The notes below the pieces were generated by a model. That model did no database searches. It worked only from the letters and a program-made list of their open reading frames with translations, and was not told where the DNA came from. The position numbers and the translations under genes are program-made. From assembly GCA_002269645.1 (NCBI GenBank), contig NIVC01000576.1, positions 297,637 through 361,636 on the forward strand: a DNA stretch of 64,000 nt, given 5' to 3'. Position 1 is the first letter of the stretch. Each line of letters starts with the position of its first letter. Origin of the DNA: Macrostomum lignano (Eukaryota). This document shows, piece after piece, positions 53,480-64,000 of this stretch.

Positions 53480-54000
53480 TGAAGCAAGACACAAGACACA
53501 AGACACAAGACACAAGACACAAGACACAAGACACAAGACACAAGACACAAGACACGACACAAGACACAAGACGCAAGACACAAGACGCAAGACACAAGAC
53601 ACAGAACACATGAAGCAAGACACAAGACACAAGACACAAGACACAAGACACAAGACACAAGACGCAAGACACAAGACGCAAGACACAAGACACAGAACAC
53701 ATGAAGCAAGACACAAGACACAAGACACAAGACACAAGACACAAGACACAAGACACAAGACGCAAGACACAAGACGCAAGACACAAGACACAGAACACAT
53801 GAAGCAAGACACAAGACACAAGACACAAGACACAAGACGCAAGACACAAGACGCAAGACACAAGACGCAAGACACAAGACACAGAACACAAGACGCAAGA
53901 CACCAGACACAAGACACAAGACACAAGACACAAGACACAAGACACAAGATACAAGACACAAGACACAAGATACAAGACACAAGACACAAGACACAAGACG
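53480..54000. repeat. 7-bp repeat (GACACAA)n with periodic CAGAACACATGAAGCAA inserts
   Basis: Read directly from the sequence. Confidence 0.95.
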
Positions 54001-54579
54001 CTTTTTAGCAAAACCTGGATTGATATAGTTGTTCGAACTCGCACTAACAACAAATTCAAATTAGCTAATTCAATCTTTACAAGCAAAGTCTTACAAGACA
54101 CCCAATGGCCTTGGAGCCTACCGGTATACTCAATCATATTTCCCATCAAAATCTCTATCCTAAAGTCTGACTGCCTATGCCTTTTATACAAATCTTTTTT
54201 CCATGCCTTCATCTCTGCCATCTCTATTTTCTCGGCAAACTCTGCATACAGTGTTTTTCTTCCCCAAATATAAATCGAGGAGAATTTCTGGCTTTTGGCT
54301 TCCTAATCATTTTTTTCTGGGTGGATTTACGCAAGCCAGGGCTAGGGCAGTAGTGGGAGGGCAAAACTCCCACAGAGAAATATTGCTTTCTGTTTTCTAT
54401 TCGATCCTTTCGAAAGTAAAGCTTAATATTTGATCGTCACATTCAGTGGCTCAGCTAGTTGGGACCTCTGTGAATATCAGCATCAGCACAGGGATTGAAA
54501 GAGGCTGACTGCTGCGTCCCAAAATGGCTCAGCTAATGGTTTTTGCTTTTAGTGGCTAGGAATTAAGTCTTTAGAATTG

Positions 54580-54952
54580 ATCAATGTACATTGCACTGGT
54601 CAGTGTACATTTCACTGGTCAGTGTACATTGAAATGGTCAGTGTACATTGAAATGGTCAGTGTACATTGAAATGATCAGTGTACATTGCACTGGTCAGTG
54701 TAAATTGCACTGGTCAGTGTACATTGCACTGGTCAGTGTACATTGCACTGGTCAGTGTACATTGCACTGGTCAGTGTACATTGCACTGGTCAGTGTACAT
54801 TTAAGTCGTCTGTACACTTCATCTGATTCTGTACACTTGATCTGATTCTGTACACTTGATCTGATTCTGTACGCACGAACAAAATCTGTACACTTGAACC
54901 TGATTCTGTACACACGAACTAAATCTGTACACTTGAACCTGAGTCTGTACAC
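54580..54952. repeat. 19-bp unit CAGTGTACATTGCACTGGT (self-complementary), followed by a 19-bp CTGTACACTTGATCTGATT-type unit
   Basis: Read directly from the sequence. Confidence 0.9.
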
Positions 54953-56169
54953 TTACAATTATTGCACACTAAACCTTATTTTACGCGCACACAGCCTTTC
55001 GTGACAAAAACTAATAACACTGATATGTAGCAATTAAACCTGTATTTCTTTGTATTTTAAATTAATTTTTAAAGAAATCCTCCCTAATCTTTGTGCTCGT
55101 GGCAATTTATACGGGTAAATATTAATGCATGATTTTCTGTCTTATCAAAATTTGATTCATTAGAATTGGACTGATTAGAAAGGTCCAGATTAGACAGCTT
55201 CTACTGCACTCGCTGGTGCATTTCAAATGGCCTTCAGTTCGAAGGATTCAATTTGTCAGTTTTAAATAACAATTGAGCTCACTCATCGACAGGGTTTGGA
55301 TGTGTACGTCTTGTGCCGTTCTATATTTGTACATGTACAGAGCTATCTTGTACATAACTTGTACTGTACAGTGCTATAATGTACAAAAAGTGAATTGTAC
55401 AGTGCTATCTTATACATAATTGTACAGTACTGTCTTGTACATAACTTCTACAGTACTATCTTGTACATACGCATGTATCTTGTACAGTGAGGACTTCTGC
55501 TACCCTATCACAACAAGGCATCAGAAATGTTGCAAACAACTATCCGCTTCTAACTCTGCTTAACTTGGTTAACGACGCTTAACGACTACAACCAATACCT
55601 TATGGCTGGCATTAGTGTAGTGTGATAATAAGCGGATTAGTGTATAAATTATAGTTCTTTATTTTAGCGGATATAAAGTACAACTTTACCTCAAACTTAC
55701 TGACAGAAATGGCTAAACAATCCAAGCATGCTATCTGTGAAATGCATTAGTAGAAATCTTACTACGAGCTAAAAAAAATCTGTCTGCAGCTGCCTAGCAG
55801 ATGAAGAATTCTATCTCCATTTCAACGCGGTGTTTGTGCACCTGTTGATAGCCAATTAGCGGCAAATCGGGGGTGGGGGGGGGGTTGCAATAGTGGTGAA
55901 TGGTTGGAGGTATTAATGCAGAAAATGGACCAAGGTTGCAGCGAAGCCAGGCCAATCAGACTAAGAGAGTTGAGTACTTCGCGCGATTGAGAAGATTATT
56001 TGCGGGAGAGGGGTGGTTGAGGAGAGGCGAAAGAGAGTGGTATAGTAGGGGTAGAACCAGGGAACGGAGGGGCGAGGGAGACAATAAGCAGAGTGTGAGA
56101 TTGGATACGGAGATAGGAGAGGGGATTGCAGGGTGAAAGAGAGGGAAGAAAGGAGAGAAGAAGATCAAG

Positions 56170-56860
56170 AGACGGAGAGAGGGAGAGAGGGAGAGAGGGA
56201 GAGAGGGAGAGATGGAGAGAGGGAGAGAGGAAGAGAGGGAGAGAGGGAGAGAGGGAGAGATGGAGAGAGGGAGAGAGGGAGACAGGGAAAGAGAGAGTGG
56301 GAGAGAGGGAGAGAGGGAGAGAGGGAGAGATGGAGAGAGGGAGAGGGGGAGAGAGGGAGACAGGGAGAGATGGAGAGAGGGAGAGAGGGAGACAGGGAAA
56401 GAGAGAGTGGGAGAGAGTGAGAGAGGGAGAGAGGGAGAGAGGGAGAGAAGGAGAGATGGAGAGAGGAAGAGGGGGAGATAGGGAGGAAAGAAAAGAGGAA
56501 GAGGGGGAGAGAAGGAGAAAAGGAGAGGAGAGAAAGACAGAGGGAGAGAGGGAGAGAGGGAGAGAGGGAGAGCAGGGAAAGAGAGAGTGGGAGAGAGGGA
56601 GAGAGGGAGAGAGGGAGAGCAGGGAAAGAGAGAGAGGGAGAGAGGAGAGAGGGAGAGAAGGAGAGAGAGAGGGAGAGAGGGAGAGAGGAGAGAGGAGAGA
56701 GGGAGAGAGGGAGAGAGGGAGAGCAGGGAAAGAGAGACTGGGAGAGAGGGAGAGAGGGAGAGAGGGAGAGAGGGAGAGAGGGAGAGAGGGATAGAGGGAG
56801 AGAGGGAGAGAGGGAGAGAGGGAGAGAGGGAGAGAAGGAGAGCAGGGAAAGAGAGAGGGG
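56170..56860. repeat. Purine-rich (GAGAGG/GGAGAGAG)n tract
   Basis: Read directly from the sequence. Confidence 0.95.
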
Positions 56861-57603
56861 ACAAGAGGAGTCGCAGATGGAATGCTTGAGCGCATCAAAC
56901 AAGGAAAAGCTGAGAGCAGCAGAACCCGATGAAACACAAGTCGGAGAGAGCACTTGATACCGCGTGCACATGTGGGAAGCGAGAATATCTCAAGCCTGAA
57001 TCAATAAAGTCGGATCGTTATCATAGGAGACTCGCAGCTGCTGTGCCCTGAAGCCATGACTAAGACATTGCACTGTTATGAGCCTTCATCTAATCCTTGC
57101 TGTGAGTTCCCGTCTTCCCGGGACCCAGACAGCGATCCGCGCGAACTTTTACACTTTCCTACTTTGCAGTCGGAATTCTCTTTTTTGTTAAAGAAGCGAG
57201 AATGCAGAAATACAGAAGGAGAATGGAGAGGCAAGAAGGGCGTGGGAAGGCCTCCCCTCAGTGCTGGCGTGAGCTGAGTCGGAAACTGACAGGCTGGGTT
57301 GATGAGGTGGGCCTGAGGAATGAAGTGAGTTCCTATCATTGCTTTCTTGTACCCTCGCATGTGTGAGCAGTTTAAGTCATTCCTAGCTCCAATGCGAGTG
57401 TTCATGCATTCTTAAGCTCATCCTTTCTTGAAGATCTCTGAGGATAGGGCTTGAATCACCTGGGCTAATTCAGCTGAGAGCAGAGCCTTATCGTGGAAAA
57501 TAGCCAGATGAGGAATTAACAGAATTGCGGAATTTCTATTATTAATGAGATGCCTGATTGTTTATTCTCTTTCCAATTGTGCTTGCAGTATCGTTTCTGA
57601 TTC

Positions 57604-60600
57604 CTCTCCCTTCTCCCCTCCACTCTCCCTTCTCACTCTCCCTTCTCACTCTCCCTTCTCACTCTCCCTTCTCCCCTCCACTCTCCCTTCTCACTCTCCC
57701 TTCTCCCCTCCACTCTCCCTTCTCCCCTCCACTCTCCCTTCTCACTCTCCCTTCTCCCCTCCACTCTCCTTCTCACTCTCCTTCTCCCTCCACTCTCCTT
57801 CTCCCTCCACTCTCCCTTCTCCCCTCCACTCTCCTTCTCCCCTCCACTCTGCCTTCTCCCTCCACTCTCCCTTCTCACTCTCCCTTCTCCCCTCCACTCT
57901 CCTTCTCCCCTCCACTCTCCCTTCTCCCCTCCACTCTCCCTTCTCACTCTCCCTTCTCCCTCCACTCTCCCTTCTCACTCTCCCTTCTCCCCTCCACTCT
58001 CCCTTCTCACTCTCCCTTCTCCCTCCACTCTCCCTTCTCCCTCCACTCTGCCTTCTCCCTCCACTCTCCCTTCTCACTCTCCCTTCTCCCCTCCACTCTC
58101 CCTTCTCCCCTCCACTCTGCCTTCTCCCCTCCACTCTCCCTTCTCCCCTCCACTCTCCCTTCTCCCCTCCACTCTCCCTTCTCCCCTCCACTCTCCCTTC
58201 TCACTCTCCCTTCTCCCCTCCACTCTCCCTTCTCCCCTCCACTCTCCCTTCTCCCCTCCACTCTCCCTTCTCCCCTCCACTCTCCCTTCTCACTCTCCCT
58301 TCTCCCCTCCACTCTCCCTTCTCACTCTCCCTTCTCCCCTCCACTCTCCCTTCTCACTCTCCCTTCTCCCCTCCACTCTCCCTTCTCCCCTCCACTCTGC
58401 CTTCTCCCCTCCACTCTCCCTTCTCACTCTCCCTTCTCCCCTCCACTCTCCCTTCTCCCCTCCACTCTCCCTTCTCCCCTCCACTCTCCCTTCTCACTCT
58501 CCCTTCTCCCCTCCACTCTCCCTTCTCCCCTCCACTCTCCTTCTCCCCTCCACTCTCCCTTCTCCCCTCCACTCTCCCTTCTCCCCTCCACTCTCCCTTC
58601 TCCCCTCCACTCTCCCTTCTCCCCTCCACTCTCCCTTCTCACTCTCCCTTCTCCCCTCCACTCTCCCTTCTCCCTCCACTCTGCCTTCTCCCTCCACTCT
58701 CCCTTCTCCCCTCCACTCTCCCTTCTCCCTCCACTCTCCTTCTCCCCTCCACTCTCCCTTCTCACTCTCCCTTCTCCCCTCCACTCTCCCTTCTCCCCTC
58801 CACTCTCCCTTCTCACTCTCCCTTCTCCCCTCCACTCTCCCTTCTCCCCTCCACTCTGCCTTCTCCCCTCCACTCTCCCTTCTCACTCTCCCTTCTCCCC
58901 TCCACTCTCCCTTCTCCCCTCCACTCTCCCTTCTCCCCTCCACTCTCCCTTCTCACTCTCCCTTCTCCCCTCCACTCTCCCTTCTCCCCTCCACTCTCCC
59001 TTCTCCCCTCCACTCTCCCTTCTCCCCTCCACTCTCCTTCTCCCCTCCACTCTCCCTTCTCCCCTCCACTCTCCCTTCTCCCCTCCACTCTCCCTTCTCC
59101 CCTCCACTCTCCTTCTCCCCTCCACTCTCCTTCTCCCCTCCACTCTCCCTTCTCCCCTCCACTCTCCCTTCTCCCCTCCACTCTCCTTCTCCCCTCCACT
59201 CTCCCTTCTCACTCTCTCCTTCTCACTCTCCCTTCTCCCCTCCACTCTCCCTTCTCACTCTCCCTTCTCCCCTCCACTCTCCCTTCTCCCCTCCACTCTC
59301 CCTTCTCACTCTCCCTTCTCCCCTCCACTCTCCCTTCTCACTCTCCCTTCTCCCCTCCACTCTCCCTTCTCACTCTCCCTTCTCCCCTCCACTCTCCCTT
59401 CTCCCCTCCACTCTCCCTTCTCACTCTCCCTTCTCCCTCCACTCTCCCTTCTCACTCTCCCTTCTCCCCTCCACTCTCCCTTCTCCCTCCACTCTCCCTT
59501 CTCCCTCCACTCTCCCTTCTCCCCTCCACTCTGCCTTCTCCCTCCACTCTCCCTTCTCACTCTCCCTTCTCCCCTCCACTCTCCTTCTCCCTCCACTCTC
59601 CCTTCTCCCTCCACTCTCCCTTCTCACTCTCCCTTCTCCCCTCCACTCTCCCTTCTCACTCTCCCTTCTCCCCTCCACTCTCCCTTCTCACTCTCCCTTC
59701 TCCCCTCCACTCTCCCTTCTCCCCTCCACTCTGCCTTCTCCCCTCCACTCTCCCTTCTCACTCTCCCTTCTCCCCTCCACTCTCCCTTCTCCCCTCCACT
59801 CTCCCTTCTCCCCTCCACTCTCCCTTCTCACTCTCCCTTCTCCCTCCACTCTCCCTTCTCCCTCCACTCTCCCTTCTCCCTCCACTCTCCCTTCTCCCCT
59901 CCACTCTCCCTTCTCACTCTCCTTCTCCCTCCACTCTCCCTTCTCACTCTCCCTTCTCCCTCCACTCTCCCTTCTCCCTCCACTCTCCCTTCTCCCTCCA
60001 CTCTCCCTTCTCACTCTCCCTTCTCCCCTCCACTCTCCCTTCTCACTCTCCCTTCTCCCCTCCACTCTCCCTTCTCACTCTCCCTTCTCCCCTCCACTCT
60101 CCCTTCTCCCTCACTCTGCCTTCTCCCTCCACTCTCCCTTCTCACTCTCCCTTCTCCCCTCCACTCTCCCTTCTCCCCTCCACTCTCCCTTCTCCCTCCA
60201 CTCTCCCTTCTCACTCTCCCTTCTCCCTCCACTCTCCCTTCTCCCCTCCACTCTCCCTTCTCGCCTCCACTCTCCCTTCTCGCCTCCACTCTGCCTTCTC
60301 GCCTCCACTCTCCCTTCTCACCTCCACTCTGCCTTCTCCCCTCCACTCTCCCTTCTCCCCTCCACTCTCCCTTCTCCCCTCCACTCTCCCTTCTCCCCTC
60401 CACTCTCCCTTCTCACTCTCCCTTCTCCCCTCCACTCTCCCTTCTCACTCTCCCTTCTCCCCTCCACTCTCCCTTCTCCCCTCCACTCTGCCTTCTCCCT
60501 CCACTCTCCCTTCTCACTCTCCCTTCTCCCCTCCACTCTCCCTTCTCACTCTCCCTTCTCCCCTCCACTCTCCCTTCTCCCCTCCACTCTCCCTTCTCAC

Positions 60601-63600
60601 TCTCCCTTCTCCCCTCCACTCTCCCTTCTCACTCTCCCTTCTCCCCTCCACTCTCCCTTCTCCCCTCCACTCTCCCTTCTCCCCTCCACTCTCCCTTCTC
60701 ACTCTCCCTTCTCCCCTCCACTCTCCCTTCTCCCCTCCACTCTGCCTTCTCCCCTCCACTCTCCCTTCTCCCCTCCACTCTCCCTTCTCCCCTCCACTCT
60801 CCCTTCTCCCCTCCACTCTCCCTTCTCACTCTCCCTTCTCCCCTCCACTCTCCCTTCTCCCCTCCACTCTCCCTTCTCCCCTCCACTCTCCCTTCTCCCC
60901 TCCACTCTCCCTTCTCACTCTCCCTTCTCCCCTCCACTCTCCCTTCTCACTCTCCCTTCTCCCCTCCACTCTCCCTTCTCACTCTCCCTTCTCCCCTCCA
61001 CTCTCCCTTCTCCCTCCACTCTGCCTTCTCCCTCCACTCTCCCTTCTCACTCTCCCTCCCCTCCACTCTCCCTTCTCCCCTCCACTCTCCCTTCTCACTC
61101 TCCCTTCTCCCCTCCACTCTCCCTTCTCCCCTCCACTCTGCCTTCTCCCCTCCACTCTCCCTTCTCCCCTCCACTCTCCCTTCTCCCCTCCACTCTCCCT
61201 TCTCCCCTCCACTCTCCCTTCTCCCCTCCACTCTCCCTTCTCCCCTCCACTCTCCCTTCTCCCCTCCACTCTCCCTTCTCCCCTCCACTCTCCCTTCTCC
61301 CCTCCACTCTCCCTTCTCCCCTCCACTCTCCCTTCTCCCCTCCACTCTCCCTTCTCCCCTCCACTCTCCCTTCTCACTCTCCCTTCTCACTCTCCCTTCT
61401 CCCCTCCACTCTCCCTTCTCACTCTCCCTTCTCCCCTCCACTCTCCCTTCTCCCCTCCACTCTCCCTTCTCACTCTCCCTTCTCCCCTCCACTCTCCCTT
61501 CTCACTCTCCCTTCTCCCCTCCACTCTCCCTTCTCACTCTCCCTTCTCCCCTCCACTCTCCCTTCTCCCCTCCACTCTCCCTTCTCACTCTCCCTTCTCC
61601 CCTCCACTCTCCCTTCTCACTCTCCCTTCTCCCCTCCACTCTCCCTTCTCCCCTCCACTCTCCCTTCTCCCCTCCACTCTCCCTTCTCCCCTCCACTCTG
61701 CCTTCTCCCCTCCACTCTCCCTTCTCACTCTCCCTTCTCCCCTCCACTCTCCCTTCTCCCCTCCACTCTCCCTTCTCCCCTCCACTCTCCCTTCTCACTC
61801 TCCCTTCTCCCCTCCACTCTCCCTTCTCACTCTCCCTTCTCCCCTCCACTCTCCCTTCTCACTCTCCCTTCTCCCCTCCACTCTCCCTTCTCCCCTCCAC
61901 TCTGCCTTCTCCCCTCCACTCTCCCTTCTCACTCTCCCTTCTCCCCTCCACTCTCCCTTCTCCCCTCCACTCTCCTTCTCCCTCCACTCTCCCTTCTCAC
62001 TCTCCCTTCTCCCCTCCACTCTCCCTTCTCCCTCCACTCTCCCTTCTCCCCTCCACTCTCCCTTCTCCCCTCCACTCTCCCTTCTCACTCTCCCTTCTCC
62101 CCTCCACTCTCCCTTCTCACTCTCCCTTCTCCCCTCCACTCTCCCTTCTCCCCTCCACTCTCCCTTCTCCCCTCCACTCTCCCTTCTCCCCTCCACTCTC
62201 CCTTCTCACTCTCCCTTCTCCCCTCCACTCTCCCTTCTCCCCTCCACTCTGCCTTCTCCCCTCCACTCTCCCTTCTCCCCTCCACTCTCCCTTCTCCCCT
62301 CCACTCTCCCTTCTCCCCTCCACTCTCCCTTCTCACTCTCCCTTCTCCCCTCCACTCTCCCTTCTCACTCTCCCTTCTCCCCTCCACTCTCCCTTCTCAC
62401 TCTCCCTTCTCCCCTCCACTCTCCCTTCTCCCCTCCACTCTGCCTTCTCCCCTCCACTCTCCCTTCTCACTCTCCCTTCTCCCCTCCACTCTCCCTTCTC
62501 CCCTCCACTCTCCCTTCTCCCCTCCACTCTCCCTTCTCACTCTCCCTTCTCCCCTCCACTCTCCCTTCTCCCCTCCACTCTCCCTTCTCGCCTCCACTCT
62601 CCCTTCTCGCCTCCACTCTGCCTTCTCGCCTCCACTCTCCCTTCTCACCTCCACTCTGCCTTCTCCCCTCCACTCTCCCTTCTCCCCTCCACTCTCCCTT
62701 CTCCCCTCCACTCTCCCTTCTCACTCTCCCTTCTCCCCTCCACTCTCCCTTCTCACTCTCCCTTCTCCCTCCACTCTCCCTTCTCACTCTCCCTTCTCCC
62801 TCCACTCTCCCTTCTCCCCTCCCTTCTCCCTTCTCCCCTCCACTCTCCCTTCTCACTCTCCCTTCTCCCCTCCACTCTCCCTTCTCCCCTCCACTCTCCC
62901 TTCTCACTCTCCCTTCTCCCCTCCACTCTCCCTTCTCCCCTCCACTCTCCCTTCTCACTCTCCCTTCTCCCCTCCACTCTCCCTTCTCACCCTCCCTTCT
63001 CCCCTCCACTCTCCCTTCTCCCCTCCACTCTCCCTTCTCCCCTCCACTCTCCCTTCTCCCCTCCACTCTGCCTTCTCCCCTCCACTCTCCCTTCTCACTC
63101 TCCCTTCTCACTCTCCCTTCTCCCCTCCACTCTCCCTTCTCCCCTCCACTCTCCCTTCTCCCCTCCACTCTCCCTTCTCCCCTCCACTCTCCCTTCTCAC
63201 TCTCCCTTCTCCCCTCCACTCTCCCTTCTCCCCTCCACTCTCCCTTCTCCCTTCCACTCTGCCTTCTCCCCTCCACTCTCCCTTCTCACTCTCCCTTCTC
63301 ACTCTCCCTTCTCCCCTCCACTCTCCCTTCTCACTCTCCCTTCTCCCCTCCACTCTCCCTTCTCCCCTCCACTCTCCCTTCTCCCCTCCACTCTCCCTTC
63401 TCACTCTCCCTTCTCACCTCCACTCTCCCTTCTCCCCTCCACTCTCCCTTCTCCCCTCCACTCTCCCTTCTCACTCTCCCTTCTCCCCTCCACTCTCCCT
63501 TCTCCCCTCCACTCTCCCTTCTCGCTTCCACTCTCCCTTCTCGCCTCCACTCTGTCTTCTCGCCTCCACTCTCCCTTCTCACCTCCACTCTCCCTTCTCA

Positions 63601-64000
63601 CCTCCCCTCTCCCTTCTCACCTCCACTCTCCCTTCTCCCCTCCCTTCTCCCCTCCACTCTCCCTTCTCGCCTCCACTCTGCCTTCTCGCCTCCACTCTCC
63701 CTTCTCCCCTCCCTTCTCCCCTCCACTCTCCCTTCTCGCCTCCACTCTGCCTTCTCGCCTCCACTCTCCCTTCTCATCTCCACTCTCCCTTCTCATCTTC
63801 ACTCTCCCTTCTCACCTCTCCTCTCCCTTCTCACCTCCCCTCTCCCTTCTCACCTCCACTCTCCCTTCTCACCTCCCCTCTCCCTTCTCCCCTCCACTCT
63901 CCCTTCTCACCTCCCTTCTCACCTCTACCTCCCTCGTAGCTCACCTCCACTCTCCCTTCTCACCTCCACTCTCCCTTCTCACCTTCCCTCTCCCTTCTCA
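57604..64000. repeat. >6.4-kb pyrimidine-rich satellite of mixed 19-bp CCCTTCTCCCCTCCACTCT and 13-bp CCCTTCTCACTCT monomers; continues past the window end
   Basis: Read directly; it produces all the EGRRESGGEKGEWRG ORFs. Confidence 0.98.

Noticed and set aside
52580-57500. Short ORFs and unique islands upstream of RGS (52814-53146, 54000-54221, 57056-57405)
   Set aside because: No homology recognised and no consistent exon chain. I cannot exclude non-coding exons or decayed TE fragments.
57633-63802. Dozens of EGRRESGGEKGEWRG ORFs
   Set aside because: Translations of the pyrimidine satellite, with no unique coding sequence or splice context.

Overview
Eukaryotic (metazoan) genomic DNA with GT-AG introns, GC3-rich exons and introns filled with minisatellites. 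The style suggests a flatworm such as Macrostomum lignano; that is inference, not shown by the sequence. I assembled the spliced genes by hand and checked phase at every junction. (1) The 3' end of a class C (mGluR-like) GPCR, + strand, <1..2171. (2) An 8-exon Kizuna (KIZ/PLK1S1)-like centrosomal gene, - strand, 3962..16029, 718 aa. It hosts two nested single-coding-exon genes: an antisense caveolin (7717..8184) in intron 6 and a same-strand 224-aa orphan ORF (14345..15019) in intron 1. (3) A 13-exon ELAPOR/KIAA1324-family type I membrane protein, + strand, 16578..29713, 1064 aa, head-to-head with KIZ (548 bp between the ATGs). (4) A 165-aa orphan ORF, + strand, 37100..37597. (5) A 5-exon R4-like RGS gene, - strand, 41089..49849, with a possible TATA-driven short isoform. 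Mobile elements are two hAT-type MITEs (one with perfect 13-bp TIRs and a perfect 8-bp TSD), a Harbinger-like MITE and two tRNA-headed SINE copies. About 35 tandem arrays are present, including ~5 kb of (TCTG)n and >6.4 kb of pyrimidine repeat running off the right end. There is no CRISPR array, rRNA or bona fide tRNA. Most long ORFs in the supplied track are repeat translations. The most notable observations are the doubly nested KIZ locus with possible shared-promoter output, the KIZ last exon bracketed by inverted copies of one minisatellite, and minisatellites built from splice-site consensus next to real splice sites.
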